Shown: piece by piece, positions 1 to 13,333 of the stretch
Layout of the letters: every line of letters starts with the position of its first letter
How positions within the stretch are numbered: the first letter of the stretch is position 1
Assembly (NCBI GenBank): GCA_001600695.1
Contig: BCKQ01000016.1
Coordinates: 55,151 to 119,150 of the forward strand
Length of the DNA: 64,000 nucleotides
Direction of reading: 5' to 3'
Source of the DNA: Ascoidea asiatica JCM 7603
Lineage: Eukaryota > Fungi > Ascomycota
Notes under the pieces: generated by a model
What the model saw: the letters and a program-made list of their open reading frames with translations, nothing else
Told to the model about the DNA's origin: nothing
Databases searched by the model: none
Program-made: the position numbers and the translations under genes

Positions 1-292
1 TTATTATTATTGTTATTATTATTATTATTGTTATTATTATTATTATTCATATGGATTATATTATTCATATTACTATTATGCGAAAGAGAGGTGTTTGTTT
101 TATTACTGGCAGTATTTTGATATAGTAAACTATTACGACGCCTTGAACTAAAAGAAGAAGAAAATCTTGGAACACTTGAAGTTGAATTATTATCATGATT
201 CTGATGAGAAATTGGAACTGAAGTTAATAAGGAATTATTCGTTCCTACTGATGAATACGATTTTGGAAACGATCCCACATAATTATTATTGA

Positions 293-380
<88 letters not shown>

Positions 381-1733
381 GACTAAAGAATTTGAATTTC
401 TGTGAGCTCTAAGAATGGCTGCTAAAGAAACATTTGATGAAGTTCTATTGATTTGATTTAATTGGTTTAGTTGATTTAATTGATTTAGTTGATTTAGTTG
501 ATTTAGTTGATTTAATTTATGACTTGAATTTAATGAGATAAGATGAGGTGGGGAAGAAGTTAAAGAACCTTGAGAGAAAGGTTGAATAGTCGAAGGTAAA
601 TTTAAATTTATATTTTTATCCTCTAAATTAATATTAATATTATTACTATTATTAGTTTTATTGTTGTTTTTACTTTTTTTATTAGTTTTAATATTATTAT
701 TATTGTTATTCTTGATGGTATTATTAGTAGTATTATTATCAAGCAAAGCTAAAGAATTTAAAGAGATAAAAGAATTAATAGAATTAATTGAATTTGTTGA
801 TTTTTTGATAAAGAAACCAGTATCTCTTCTATATGATATAGAAATATTCAAAGAATAAACATCTGATAATTTAATTGAATTAAAATTTTTTTGAATTAAA
901 TGAGGGTGATTATTAAATTCATTTTGATTATAATTAATTGTATTTAGATAGGAAGATATCAAATGCTTTGATAAGCCAATTCTATTTCTAGAAGAAATTG
1001 GATTGTTACCATTTAATAATTTTGTTTTAATTTTTAAAATATTATTTTCAGAATTCTTTGAAGATAAAGCTTTCAAAAGAGTATAAGTTGGCAATAAATG
1101 AATAAAAGTGAATAAAGATCTAAAAAAATTTGAAATTTTATTATAAATTTTATCTATATTATCAATATCATGATTATTATTGATATTATTATTAATATTA
1201 GTGATTGTATTTAAATTAATGTACCATCTTTCTAAAACGATTTCTTTTTTCAATTTTTTTTTATTACTAGGTAATTTATTATTATTATTTAATATAAACC
1301 ATGGATGATTTTCATTATCATTTAAATACAAGTTATAAGTGATATTATTATCAGCATTGTTATATAGATTATTGAAATCTTTTAAATCAATATAAGATTC
1401 TATTATTAAGGGAGGTAAAGTTATTAAAGCATTATTAGTTGAGATATTGAAATTATTTAAATTCCATAATTTTAAATCGTTTAAAGAATCTTTTGAAAAA
1501 TTTTGAAATAATTTTAAATTAAAAGTGTTTTCAGAAATTAAGGATGAATTTGAATTATTTAATAGAATAGAATTAAAAGTTTTTGATTGTCTTGAATTTA
1601 TAATAATATTAATTGTTTTTGAAAAGAAATCATTAATTAGTTGAATTAGTTTACTATTATTATTATTGTTATTATTATTATTATTATTATTATTGATGTT
1701 AATGTTATTACTGTTGAATGAATTTGAGTTCAT
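1..1733 (-). CDS. ATG13: Autophagy protein Atg13, N-terminal HORMA domain plus start of the low-complexity tail; 3' end lies outside the window
   Basis: Absent from the ORF track because no stop falls in the window. Manual translation from the ATG at 1733 gives MNSNSFN...SKLIQLINDFFSKTINIIINSR...LPPLIIESYIDL...KEIVLERWYINL, matching Atg13 HORMA motifs (FFxK..II.SR, PPLIIETYLDL, EIVLERW). It sits near GDB1 and QCR2, as in S. cerevisiae (YPR184W/185W/191W). Confidence 0.88.
296..380. repeat. (TTA)n microsatellite encoding poly-Asn in ATG13
   Basis: Perfect trinucleotide run visible in the sequence. Confidence 0.95.
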
Positions 1734-1949
1734 AATATAATTTGAAGAGGAGAATAACAGTAAAATAGCTTGAAAATACGATTATTATAATAAGAATATA
1801 AGAATATAATATAATATAATATAATATAATGTAGTATAATATAAAACCAAAGAGAAAGAAAATGAGAAATATATATGAAAATCAAAGATTCTTTTATATT
1901 CTATTTTATAAGTATTATTATTATATTTTATTATATTTTATTTATTGTG

Positions 1950-2070
1950 GTTGTAGTTGTAGTTGTAGTTGTAGTTGTAGTTGTAGTTGTAGATGTATTT
2001 ATAATATAATAGTTAATAGATAGTAGATAATGGATAATGGATAATGGATAATGGATAATGGATAATGGAT
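1950..2070. repeat. (GTTGTA)n and (GATAATG/GGATAAT)n hexamer microsatellites upstream of ATG13
   Basis: Tandem hexamers visible in the sequence. Confidence 0.9.
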
Positions 2071-2699
2071 ATGACGATAAGAGTATTCTTGTACAGAATC
2101 CAAAAAAAAAATATTATTTGATTGAGAATAGAAATCGGAATATAAGTAAGAATTTAGAATATTAGTGATGACTATTATTGAAAGATGAATGATATGCTAT
2201 TATTTAATAGTATTTGATATATTATTTAAACAGAGCAGTGATTGTGAATCAAGTTTTTTTACAATTTAAATTGGTTACTTGAACTATTTTTTGAATCTGA
2301 TTTCAGTTTCAAGTTCCTATTTCAGATATTGATTATAATATTGTGTTATTAGACTAGCAGAGTAATTGTAAATTTATTTTCAGTTCTAATTTGAATTAAT
2401 TACTTAGACTATGAAGCTAATGTAGTCAGAATTAATAGAAAGTCACCGACCAGAGATGCCTAACTGAAGTGGATTGATGATATAAAGAGGTGTGATTTGA
2501 TATTGATTTGGAGTAATATTGAATGATATTGTATTATATTTTATTATATAGTTTTATATTGTTTTATATTAAATTACTGAGCATTTATTTGATTGTTGTT
2601 GATATTGCTTATTTGAAACTGTTATTTATATTTGAAGCACTGTTTTCTTTTTCTGGTTCTGGTTCTGGTTCTGGTTCTCTTTATCTTTATCTTTATCTT

Positions 2700-3070
2700 T
2701 AAGCGCTGCCAGAACCAGTGCTGACGCGCGCATTTTCATGGTCTCGCTGCCCTCTTTGTTTATCTTCGCGCGGTTCTTGGAAGAACAAAAGACAAAAGAC
2801 GCCACCGCCACCGCCACCGCCACAGAAAAAGCAATCCGGCTAGCACACGCCCGCAGTTCCGCAGGAGTTCCAACTTCCAGGACTCTGAGCTCCACGTGCC
2901 ATTTCCACGTGCCTAAACGAGACCGCCACTGGGGGTGTTCTTGTTCTCCCTGCCCTGGCTCCTTCTCTCGCAGCTACTGCCTGCCGCTCCCACCTCTCAA
3001 CTAAGCTGTCCAGCTCATTGTCCAATAAACGTCGTAGAAAATAATCACCAAATATCAACTCCAATTATCT
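2700..3070. promoter_or_regulatory. GC-rich divergent promoter core of ATG13/QCR2 with two CACGTG E-boxes and CCAAT boxes
   Basis: TCCACGTGCC occurs as a direct repeat at 2891-2900 and 2904-2913. CCAAT at 3022 and 3061 fits a Hap complex site, as expected for a respiratory gene. Confidence 0.55.
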
Positions 3071-3288
3071 CAACTGTTACTGTGATTACAGTAGTGTTTT
3101 TAAACTAATATCAGTAAGTTAATTATAGTGTAAAAACTGCATATTTCACTTCTTCATCTATTTCATAATAATATATAAATTGTTAGGATATTTAATACTT
3201 TTAATAGTCTTATTAGTTATTTATTAATCATAAATTGATAATTGGTATAAGAATAAGATTAAGAATAAGATTAAGAATAAGAATAATA

Positions 3289-4416
3289 ATGTTTCCTCGT
3301 TCATATGCAACAGTATCTAATGGATTAAAGATTTATTCAAAAGAATCTTTAGCATCATCACCATTATCAAAATTAACAATAAAAATTAATAAATCAGGTT
3401 CAAGATATTCAAATAAAGAAGGTATTTCACATATTTTAAATAGATTTAATTTTTTAAATACTTCAAAAAAATCAAATTTAAGAATTATAAGAGAATCTGA
3501 AATTTTAGGATTAAAATTTAATTCAAATTTTAATAAAGATTCAATTTATTTAAATTCAATTTTTCAAAAAAATGATTTACCATTTATTATTAATTTATTT
3601 ACAGATGTTTTAAATAATAAAATTTTTAAAGAATATGAATATAATGAAATTATTAAACCAATTATTTCAAATGATTATAAAAATTCATTAAAAGATTTAA
3701 ATTTTCAAATTAATGAAATTTTATCAAATTTATCTTTTAAAAATGGTTTAAAAAAATCATTATATTATAATAATATTGAAGAAATTAATTTAAATGATAT
3801 TATTAATTTTAAAAATTTAATTTATAATAAAAAAAATATTGAAATTTATTCAATTAATAATAATTTAAATGATTTAAATTTATTTTTAAATAATTCTTCA
3901 ATTAATGAATTAAATAATAATAATAATATTGAATTAAAAGAAATTGAAGATGATAAAGTTAAATTTAAATTTAATCAAAATATTAAAATTAATTCAAATT
4001 TATCAAATATTTTATCAATTTCAATTCCAATTTTATCAAATGAATTTAAATTTTATAATAATTTAAAAAATAATTTATTAATTAATTTTGAAAATAAATT
4101 TAATAATATAAATTCAGAATTAATTAAATTTGAAGATTCTGGATTATTTAAACTTTCTTTAATTAATAAAAATGATCCAATTCAATTATCAAAAGATTTT
4201 AAAAATTTAATTTCAGAATTAAAAACTGGTATTAAATTATCAAAAGATTTTGAAAAATTAAATGATTTACAATTTGATTTATATAATGATTTAAATTTTG
4301 AAAATTTAATTAATATTAAAGATAATGAAAAAATTGATGATTTTTTCAAATTAGATAAATTCAATTATGTTGCTTTTGGTAATACTTGTAAATTACCAGA
4401 TTTTGAAGATTTATAA
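3289..4416 (+). CDS. QCR2: Cytochrome bc1 complex core subunit 2
   Basis: First true ATG at 3289 (MFPRSYATV, presequence-like). Motifs GSRY...GISHILNRFNFLNT.KKS.LRIIRESE and C-terminal FNYVAFGN...LP..EDL. Confidence 0.9.
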   Translation: MFPRSYATVSNGLKIYSKESLASSPLSKLTIKINKSGSRYSNKEGISHILNRFNFLNTSKKSNLRIIRESEILGLKFNSNFNKDSIYLNSIFQKNDLPFIINLFTDVLNNKIFKEYEYNEIIKPIISNDYKNSLKDLNFQINEILSNLSFKNGLKKSLYYNNIEEINLNDIINFKNLIYNKKNIEIYSINNNLNDLNLFLNNSSINELNNNNNIELKEIEDDKVKFKFNQNIKINSNLSNILSISIPILSNEFKFYNNLKNNLLINFENKFNNINSELIKFEDSGLFKLSLINKNDPIQLSKDFKNLISELKTGIKLSKDFEKLNDLQFDLYNDLNFENLINIKDNEKIDDFFKLDKFNYVAFGNTCKLPDFEDL

Positions 4417-4625
4417 ACTCCCTTTTAAATACAATCTATTCTTTAATCTTTATTCTTTATGATTCAATCATTAAATAGTTTCATATACTTTTATATATTT
4501 ATCTATAAATAAAATCAATCACCAATAATAATCATTTTCTAAAAGAGCCTTTATGTGGCGAGAGTATCTGACTATAAGTAAGGCTGGTGTAAAGGTATTG
4601 TGACCTTCTAAACGCACGTGACCTC

Positions 4626-4688
4626 TTTTATTTTCTCTCTTTTATTTCTCTCTTTTATTTCTCTCTTTTATTTCTCTCTTTTATTTCT
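4626..4688. repeat. 13-bp pyrimidine-rich tandem repeat (TTTTATTTCTCTC), about 4.5 copies, in the GDB1 promoter
   Basis: Visible directly, immediately after CACGTGAC at about 4615. Confidence 0.85.
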
Positions 4689-5113
4689 TGTTTGCGGCCA
4701 GCGCCCGTTGCAACAAGGCGCCCTCGAACAACAACAGCGACAACAGTGACAACAACAGTGCTAACAGTGACACTGGCGGTGTTCTGGCAGTGAAGCGAGT
4801 GGAGTGTCGGCTGTTGTCTGGATTCAAACAAAGAGCACTGGATACAGAAGGATAAATATAAAGGATAAATACCAAGGGAAGAAAGACAGAGAGAGATAAA
4901 GAAAGATAGAAAAAGATAAAGAAAGATAGAGAATCATAAAGGACAAGGGATACAGAATATATCAGAAATATACCATAAATATAAGATAATAATACCATAT
5001 TAATACCTTAATAATATCATAATAATACAATAACTGCTTCTCCCAGATCAGATCATGAGAATATTGATCACTGTTTGTAATTCCTTCTTTTTGTTTAATA
5101 TCTTTCATATCCA

Positions 5114-5252
5114 ATGAAGGAACTAATTCTAACACTTGGTCCTAATGGTGAACCTGTAACTAATGGTCCTTCTAATGGAGTATTGATATTAAATTCAATT
5201 CCATCTTCTTATTCTTCAATAAATACTAATGATAATCACAATGATAATCACA

Positions 5253-5291
<39 letters not shown>

Positions 5292-8200
5292 GTGATGATG
5301 ATCCTCTTTTTAAATTACATTTACTTATATCTTCTTCGTCTTCAATTTCAAATAATGGTAATATTTATACAAATATTCCAACTAAAAAATCTTTAAAATT
5401 TAATAGAAATAAATTATTTAAATATAAAATTGATAATAATTTTAATAAAGATTCAATTATTCATTTAAATATTTTTTATCCAGGTTCTTATTTTTATTAT
5501 CTTTCTTATAATTCTTTCAATTCAATTAATAATTCAATTCAATTAAAAACAACTAGAAAATTTTATATTTTTGTACAACCTTCATTATCAATTAATAATA
5601 TTTTTTTACCTTTAAATTCTATTTCAATTCAATCTATTGTTTCAAAATGGATTTTTAATAATAATTCTTTAGAAACTTTTGAAAATAATTGGAATAAAAT
5701 TTTTAATTATATTTCAATTGATAAAAATTATAATATGATTCATTTCACTCCTTTACAATCAAGAGGTGAATCAAATTCTCCATATTCAATTTATGATCAA
5801 TTATCTTTTGATTCAAACCTTTTTAAAAATTCAAATGTTTTAAAAAATTTAATTTCAAATTTACAAAAAAATTATAATTTATTATCAATGACTGATATTG
5901 TTTGGAATCATACTGCAAATAATTCAATTTGGTTATTAAATCATCCAGAATCTGGTTATAATCAAGAAACTTCTCCACATTTAATTTCTGCAATTGAATT
6001 AGATTCTGAATTATTAAAATTTTCAACAAATTTAAAATCTTTAAATTTACCAACTTATTTAAATAATATTAATGATTTATTAAAAATTATGGATGGTATA
6101 AAATTAAATGTTTTAAATAATTTAAAATTATGGGAATTTTATATAATTAATGTTGATTCAACTTTAATAAATTTAAAAAATTTTTATAATTTAAATTTTG
6201 AAAATAATTTTAATAATATTAATTTAATTAACTTTCCAAAAAATTTTGAAAATTCAATTGAAAATTTATCAAATTTTATTTTAATTAATTCAATAGATAA
6301 AGTTAAAAATCCTAATAATATTTTAATTTTAAATAAAAGAAATTATAATAATTTAATTACTGAAAAATTTTTTCAAGCTCTTTTTTCTTATTTTAAATTA
6401 ATTTTAAATTTATCAAATGATAAAATTGATTTAAATTTGTTTTTAAATTATTCAAAAAAAGTTTTAAATACAATTAATTTACCTTATTATAAAATTTATG
6501 ATAATGATATCAATGAAATTTTAGAACAAATATTTAATAGAATTAAATATCAAAGAATTGATTCTCATGGCCCAAAATTAGGTGAAATAACTTTAAACTC
6601 CCCATTAACTGAACCGTATTTTACTCGATTTGAAGCTAAAAATGGTAAAAATTATGCTTTAGCTAATAATGGTTGGATTTGGAATGGTAATCCATTAATT
6701 GATTTTGCTTCTGAAAATTCAAAAGCTTATTTAAGAAGAGAAGTTATAATTTGGGGTGATTGTGTTAAATTAAGATACGGTAATAAACCTGAAGATTCTC
6801 CATATCTTTGGAATAGAATGAAAAATTACACTGAATTATGTGCAAGTATATTCCATGGTTTTAGATTAGATAATTGTCATTCAACACCAATTCATGTTGG
6901 TGAATATTTATTGGATATTGCAAGAAATATTAATCCAAATTTATATGTTGTTGCTGAATTATTTACTGGTAGTGAAGAAATGGATACATTATTTGTTGAA
7001 AGATTAGGTATTTGCTCCTTAATCAGGGAAGCAATGCAAGCTTGGTCTGTTGAAGAACTATCAAGATTAATTCATAGATATGGTGGTAGACCAATCGGTT
7101 CTTTAACATGGCTACCTTTAGATCAATTACCAATGCCATGTGATAAAACTTCTTCATCTTATAATTTATCAAAATTTAATAATTATTCTAATAATAGTTA
7201 CAATAATATTGCTTCTGAGATCAAAATTCCAAGAGTCATGATAAAACAAGAACCACATGCTTTATTTATGGATTGTACTCATGATAATGAAATGCCAAAT
7301 CAAAAACGAACTGTTGAAGATACTTTGCCAAATGCTGCTTTAGTTTCTTTTTGTTCATGTGCAGTAGGTTCAGTATTTGGTTATGATGAATGTTATCCAG
7401 AGTTATTGGATATAGTAAAGGAGAAAAGACTCTATAATTTCGATAATAAAGGTATTTCTAAAGTTAAAAAAAAATTAAATCAGATTAGAAATAAGCTTTC
7501 AAATGAAAGTAATCAATTAGATGATCATCAAATGCATGTTCATCATGAAGATCAATATATTACTTTACATAGAACAAATTCAAAAACTGGTAATGGTTAT
7601 TTTTTGATTGCCAGATCCAAATTTTCAAATAATAATAATACTGATCAGTCTCTAGCACCAATATACTTAAATGGTACAACTCTTAAACCTGAGTTTTCTT
7701 ATGTTTTGAAACAAGTTGGAGATTTCAAACATTCCAATTCTGAGATAACTTCAATTCCAACTGAATTAATTGAACTAGATGATCCAATTATTGAATTTGA
7801 TTCAGAGAAAAATGAAAGTGTAATTATAATGCCTTCAAATTTTCCCCAAGGAAGTATCGCAGTTTTAACTACAAAAATCATCGATGCCGATGAATCTTTG
7901 GATGACTATATCAGAAATGGTGCATTGGAAGCTTCAAATGATTTGAATTTATATGATTTAAATAATTTATTATTTCGTTGTGATCAAGAAGAGAAAGATT
8001 TCAGTAATGGAAAGGAAGGAGTTTATCATATTCCTGGTTATGGAGATTTGGTTTATTCAGGTTTACAAGGCTGGGGAACTGTCTTACGAACTGTTATTGA
8101 GAACAATGATCTTGCTCATCCATTATGTAACCATTTAAGAACTGGTAAATGGGCTTTAGATTATATTGTTAATCGACTTTCAAAATATCCCGAGAGTAAA

Positions 8201-9841
8201 GGCTTCAATGAATTCAAAAAATGGTTAAGTTCCCGATTAAATGCAATCAAAAAAGTGCCTTTTTTTTTGCTTCCTCATTATTTTGCTTTAGTTGTTGGTG
8301 TTGCATATGAAGCATGCAGATACACAGCTTTATGTTTGATGGCAAAGCATATTCAAGGTGGGCCCTTATTTGTTCAAGATCTAGCAATGTGTTCAATTCA
8401 AATGGTAGGTTATATGAAATCAACTTCAATTAAGCCATTCAGCCAAGTTCCATGTATGGCTGCAGGATTGCCACATTTCAGTCATGATTACATGCGATGT
8501 TGGGGAAGAGACATTTTTATCTCCTTGAGAGGATTATTATTAGCCACAAACAGATATAATGATGCAAAGGAGCATATCATAAATGTTGCAGCAACTCTTA
8601 AACATGGATTAATTCCTAATTTAGTTGACGCCGGAAGAAATCCAAGATTTAACGCTAGGGATGCAGTTTGGTTTTGGTTGCAGGCTCTTCAAGATTATAT
8701 AAAAATAGTCCCTGAAGGTGAAGAAATACTTAATATTGAAATTAAAAGAAGATTTCCATTAGATGATAAGTGGATACCTTTTGACAGTCCCCAAGCCTTC
8801 AGTTATTCAACAACTATAAAGGATATTGTATATGAAATTTTGTCTAGGCATGCAAAGGGAATTAAATATAGGGAAGCAAATGCTGGTCCAACTTTAGACT
8901 CTCAGATGACTGATGAAGGATTTAATGTGGAAATCCATGTCGATTGGACAACTGGTTTGGTTCATGGTGGAAATCAGTTTAATTGTGGAACATGGATGGA
9001 TAAAATGGGCGAAAGTGAAAAAGCAAAAAATAAAGGTATTCCTGGAACTCCAAGAGATGGTGCAGCGATTGAAATCAACGGATTATTAAAAAGTGCTTTG
9101 AGATTTGTGAATAATTTGCAATCAAAAGGTTTATTTCTTCACTCTTCCGTAACAAATCAATCAGGTGAAACAATCAGTTTTCAAACTTGGGAGTCTAGAC
9201 TTCAAGCTAATTTTGAAAAATGCTTTTACATCCCTAGTGATCCTAAGGAGGATAAAAATTTTTGCGTGGATTCAAGCATTATTAATCGAAGAGGTATCTA
9301 CAAAGATCTATACAAGTCTGGAAAGACATATGAAGATTATCAGCTCAGGCCAAATTTTGCAATTGCAATGGTTGTTGCACCAGAATTATTTACTCCTATT
9401 TATGCTATACAGGCGTTGAAATTAGCGGATTCTATAATTAGAGGACCTATAGGTATGAGAACATTGGATCCATCTGATCTTAATTACCGTCCTTACTATG
9501 TTAATTCTTTAGATAACGATGACTTCTCTACTTCTAAAGGCAGAAATTATCATCAAGGTCCAGAATGGGTATGGTGTACTGGATACTTTCTCAGAGCCTA
9601 TTCTTTTTTTTTTAATGGTGAATCGAAGACTGGAGAAGAATCTTTACCTTTGCAACAGCTATTGGGGGCAAAACTTGAAGGCCATAAAAAGTGGATTAGA
9701 GATAGCAAATGGGTTGGTTTAACTGAATTAACCAACAAAGATGGATCTTTCTGCGAAGATTCTTCTCCTACGCAAGCCTGGAGTGCATCTTGTTTGCTTG
9801 ATTTATATTATGATATCTGGGTACGTGAACAAAGTTCCTAA
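5114..9841 (+). CDS. GDB1: Glycogen debranching enzyme (4-alpha-glucanotransferase/amylo-1,6-glucosidase)
   Basis: 1575 aa with motifs MIHFTPLQ.RGESNSPYSIYDQL, GFRLDNCHSTP, MDCTHDN, MRCWGRDIFISLRG, NCGTWMDKMG, NYHQGPEW, QAWS. Confidence 0.97.
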
Positions 9842-10129
9842 AAATTGTTTATCGCGTTTTTTAAATGAATATGGGTATTTTTTTTTTTAGTTCGTCTCTT
9901 TATTATTTTTCAATAATTTCGTCGTCATTCTGATATCGTCCGATTATATATATATTTTTTTTTATATACATTCCATTTTTGATAGAGGCATTTTAGCTTA
10001 GGAATTCTTAGGTCATTGGATTTTAGTTTTTGTTCTTTAGGTAAAATAAAAGTGAATCACTTATTTAATTAAAGTATTGAATCGAATTTATTTAGTAAAA
10101 AAAGGTAAATTGATATATTATAATGTTTA

Positions 10130-13100
10130 TTAAGGAGGACTTAAATTCTCCTTTTTCAAGCAATCCATAATATTTTTGGGTATGTCTTGAATATTTGAGC
10201 TACTTCCCGAACCCGTTGAAAAATTGAATCCACCCTCAGTATTTTCATTATTGAAAACAAAAGAATTAGATACCGAACTAAATTCTGAATTGCTGGAAAA
10301 TTTATTCGAAGGCCCACTTTTGGAAAATCCATAGTTTTGAAGTCCTAATAAATCGTTTGAATTAGAGTTTTCAGTATAAGCATCTTCATCTTCACTATCA
10401 TCATAATCGTAATCCCCATAATCAGAATAGCCAAAATCTTGTTCTTTTTCAAAAACGATATTTGTTGAAGGTAGCAATTTTATCATAGTCTTACTGTTTG
10501 AAGATTTTCCTTGATGCTTCATTTTTGTTTTACGGGATCTCACAGGGTGAGCTTTTGAGACGTGTCTTCTTTGAGACTTATAGACTGAAGTTGGTGTAGA
10601 AGGGGATGAAGAAGTTCCTAAAGGTTTTAGCAAGCTTTCATTTTTCTTCATAAGCAGTCCAACTCCAGGTATATTATCCTTGTTACTTGAAATATTGCTT
10701 GAATTGGAAAGTCCCCTCTTGATCTGGGGTCTTATATGAAGCACAAAAGCACCTTCATCGTCATCATCTTCATCGTCATCTTCATCGTCATCTTCATCTT
10801 CGTATTCGTCTTCGTCATCATGATTTTCTTTGATCTTATTTTTGTAATTGATTCCTTCTTCAGTCTCTTCTTCGCTATTGGAAAAATCTTCAAACAAACT
10901 TTTTCTGAATGGTTTTGAAACTTCACCATTTTGTGTACTGGTTTTGACTTCGGTTAAGTTATTAGCTGTCTCTTCTTCTGGCTCGAATTCATTATTATTA
11001 AAGGCATCCAGATGAAATCCCGTATTTCTACGGGTATGAATACTTTTGAAATGATCACAAGATTGTTTTCTACTCTCATAATCATGACCATCCTGTTCTG
11101 ATTCAGAGTCAAAGGTTGTTGATTCTATTGCCATACATTGATCAACGGTTTCTTTAAAATGTATGCGACGTCCAGATTTTTTGCTTGAAGAAGTTTCATT
11201 ATCATTGCTGAAAATATTAGACAAAATTGATCTTTTAGAAATAATCTCCATTTTATCTGAAGCTGTTAGTAAAGGTACATTTGAATTGTTTTCAAGGTTT
11301 TGATTATAGTATAAGCTTAAATTGTTTAAATTCAAGTTCGAATTGGAATCAGATAGTACATTTAAATTTGGATTAGAAACTTTTGTGAGCATTGGAATGT
11401 CACAGGAATTTTTAGATGTTGAGTTGTTAGAATCTAAAAGGTTTGTTAAACTAATTGTTTTTGAAGTATTTAAGCTTGCAGCTTTGGAAGATATGTCAGA
11501 CTGAGAATCTTGAGTATTAATTATATTGGTATTTGTTAATGTTGCCAGATTCTGATTTCCATCATTATTATTATTATTGTTATTATTACTATTATTGTTA
11601 TTGCTATTATTAGTATTCTTTTTAGGTGAAATTTTTGAACGACTAGAATTCAAGTTTGAGTTCAAATTCAAATTAAAATTTAAGTTTAAGTTTTCATTTG
11701 ACGCCATTAATAAAGATGAATGAGAAGCAGGGGAGGAAGATGAAGATGAATTATTTAATAGAAATGGATTATAAGGAGCATTATAAGGAGTGAATGAATT
11801 ATTAGTATTATTGAAACTATAATTTGAGGAGAAATTGGTTTCAGAACCTCTATTTTTTCTAATAAATGAATGTTTTCTTATATATTGAGAATTTAACCTC
11901 CTGGTTAGCATATTATAGTCTTCTTCATATTTTGGAGGAGAATGAGCAGATGAATGCTGGTCAGGTGTTGATAATTTTTTCTGTTGATCTATAGATTGAA
12001 TACGAACGAAAGAACTTGAAGGAGATTTGTAATTTAGATTAGAATTATGTGAATGATCATGAAATTCAGATAATTTTGTTATTTCATTATAATCTAAGTT
12101 AGTGTTATAATTAGTATTATGATGCAAATCCTGATTACTGTTGTTATTGAACAATAACAGATCGTTTATAATATTATAATTTGAAGCATTATTATAATTT
12201 TGATAAGACAATTTAAATAGAGTTGTATGAGATAGAATTTTATCAGAAATTTTTCTCTGTTTTAATATTGGTTTAACAGGAGAAGTTATAGAAGTATGTC
12301 TTGTTTCATTTTTTATTTGTTGAATTTCGCTATTAATATTTGAAGATTTTAGAGAACGAATTGATTGAAGTTTTGAATTTGAGCTATCAATTGAATTGAA
12401 ATATATTGATTCATCAGAATGATCATAAAGAGGACCATATAACCAAGTTACATCTAACTCTTTATCCCAATTTATACTTTCTGGAGTAACAGTTTTTAGA
12501 TTATATCTAGCTTGAGCCCAAGTTCTCCATGAAGCATTCTCTAATCTTGAAGCTTGTGCTATATTTCTCCTCGTTTTATAAACTATGTATCTCCAAGTTC
12601 TTAAGATATCAGATTCATTCCAATCATGAGAAAAATAATCTACACGATTTTTTGGATCATGAATTAAAGCATTATCATCTTGGGGTTGGAAATCACTATT
12701 GAGAAAATAGTTATTATGAGAGTTATAGTCCAATATTTGATTATTTAGATGAGAAGAAGAAGAGGATAGATTGCTTGAATCTAATAAAGAAGATAAACAA
12801 GAATTAGAAGTAGTTAATGAAGAAGATAATTCTCGATTTAAGTTATTTTGATTATTTGAATTTGAACCTGTGGAACTTGCAGAACTGTATTTATGATTAT
12901 GATTATTAATATTGTCAGCATTTGGGTCAATATTTATTGGATGTAACTGTGTTAGATTATAATAGTAGCAATCGTTATTGGGGCCCCTTATATCTATATT
13001 ATTTGAAATCCTATTATTATTATTATTAATATTGGCATTTAGGTTTATACTTGAACTAATGTGATTGATATTATTATTGTTATTATTATTGTTATTGTTA

Positions 13101-13333
13101 TTATTATTAATATTGACAGTATTATTACTATTAGTATTATTTAAGTTTTGAGGATATTCTAAAGATTTATCTATATGTAATTGTAATAAACCTAAAGACT
13201 TAGTTCTTTTTAATTTAAAAGAGTTTTTATTAAATTGATTTATATTCTCGGCATTAACACCCATTGAAGTATTTAAATCACTTTTAAATACTTCGTTTGA
13301 ATTTGAATGTAAATAATAAGGAAATTCGGACAT
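10130..13333 (-). CDS. REG1: Glc7/PP1 regulatory subunit Reg1
   Basis: LKRTKSLGLL; VDYFSHDW.ESDI..TWRYI...RLENASWRTW...INWDKELDVTWLYGP; KPILK; PP1-docking RRIHF..TVDQCMAI; IKLLPST. Confidence 0.92.
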   Translation of the reverse strand: MSEFPYYLHSNSNEVFKSDLNTSMGVNAENINQFNKNSFKLKRTKSLGLLQLHIDKSLEYPQNLNNTNSNNTVNINNNNNNNNNNNNNINHISSSINLNANINNNNNRISNNIDIRGPNNDCYYYNLTQLHPINIDPNADNINNHNHKYSSASSTGSNSNNQNNLNRELSSSLTTSNSCLSSLLDSSNLSSSSSHLNNQILDYNSHNNYFLNSDFQPQDDNALIHDPKNRVDYFSHDWNESDILRTWRYIVYKTRRNIAQASRLENASWRTWAQARYNLKTVTPESINWDKELDVTWLYGPLYDHSDESIYFNSIDSSNSKLQSIRSLKSSNINSEIQQIKNETRHTSITSPVKPILKQRKISDKILSHTTLFKLSYQNYNNASNYNIINDLLLFNNNSNQDLHHNTNYNTNLDYNEITKLSEFHDHSHNSNLNYKSPSSSFVRIQSIDQQKKLSTPDQHSSAHSPPKYEEDYNMLTRRLNSQYIRKHSFIRKNRGSETNFSSNYSFNNTNNSFTPYNAPYNPFLLNNSSSSSSPASHSSLLMASNENLNLNFNLNLNSNLNSSRSKISPKKNTNNSNNNNSNNNNNNNNDGNQNLATLTNTNIINTQDSQSDISSKAASLNTSKTISLTNLLDSNNSTSKNSCDIPMLTKVSNPNLNVLSDSNSNLNLNNLSLYYNQNLENNSNVPLLTASDKMEIISKRSILSNIFSNDNETSSSKKSGRRIHFKETVDQCMAIESTTFDSESEQDGHDYESRKQSCDHFKSIHTRRNTGFHLDAFNNNEFEPEEETANNLTEVKTSTQNGEVSKPFRKSLFEDFSNSEEETEEGINYKNKIKENHDDEDEYEDEDDDEDDDEDDDDEGAFVLHIRPQIKRGLSNSSNISSNKDNIPGVGLLMKKNESLLKPLGTSSSPSTPTSVYKSQRRHVSKAHPVRSRKTKMKHQGKSSNSKTMIKLLPSTNIVFEKEQDFGYSDYGDYDYDDSEDEDAYTENSNSNDLLGLQNYGFSKSGPSNKFSSNSEFSSVSNSFVFNNENTEGGFNFSTGSGSSSNIQDIPKNIMDCLKKENLSPP

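Noticed and set aside
2626-3064. Three overlapping 74-89 aa ORFs
   Set aside because: They arise from a GC-rich promoter island and microsatellites, with no recognisable motifs and codon usage unlike real genes here.
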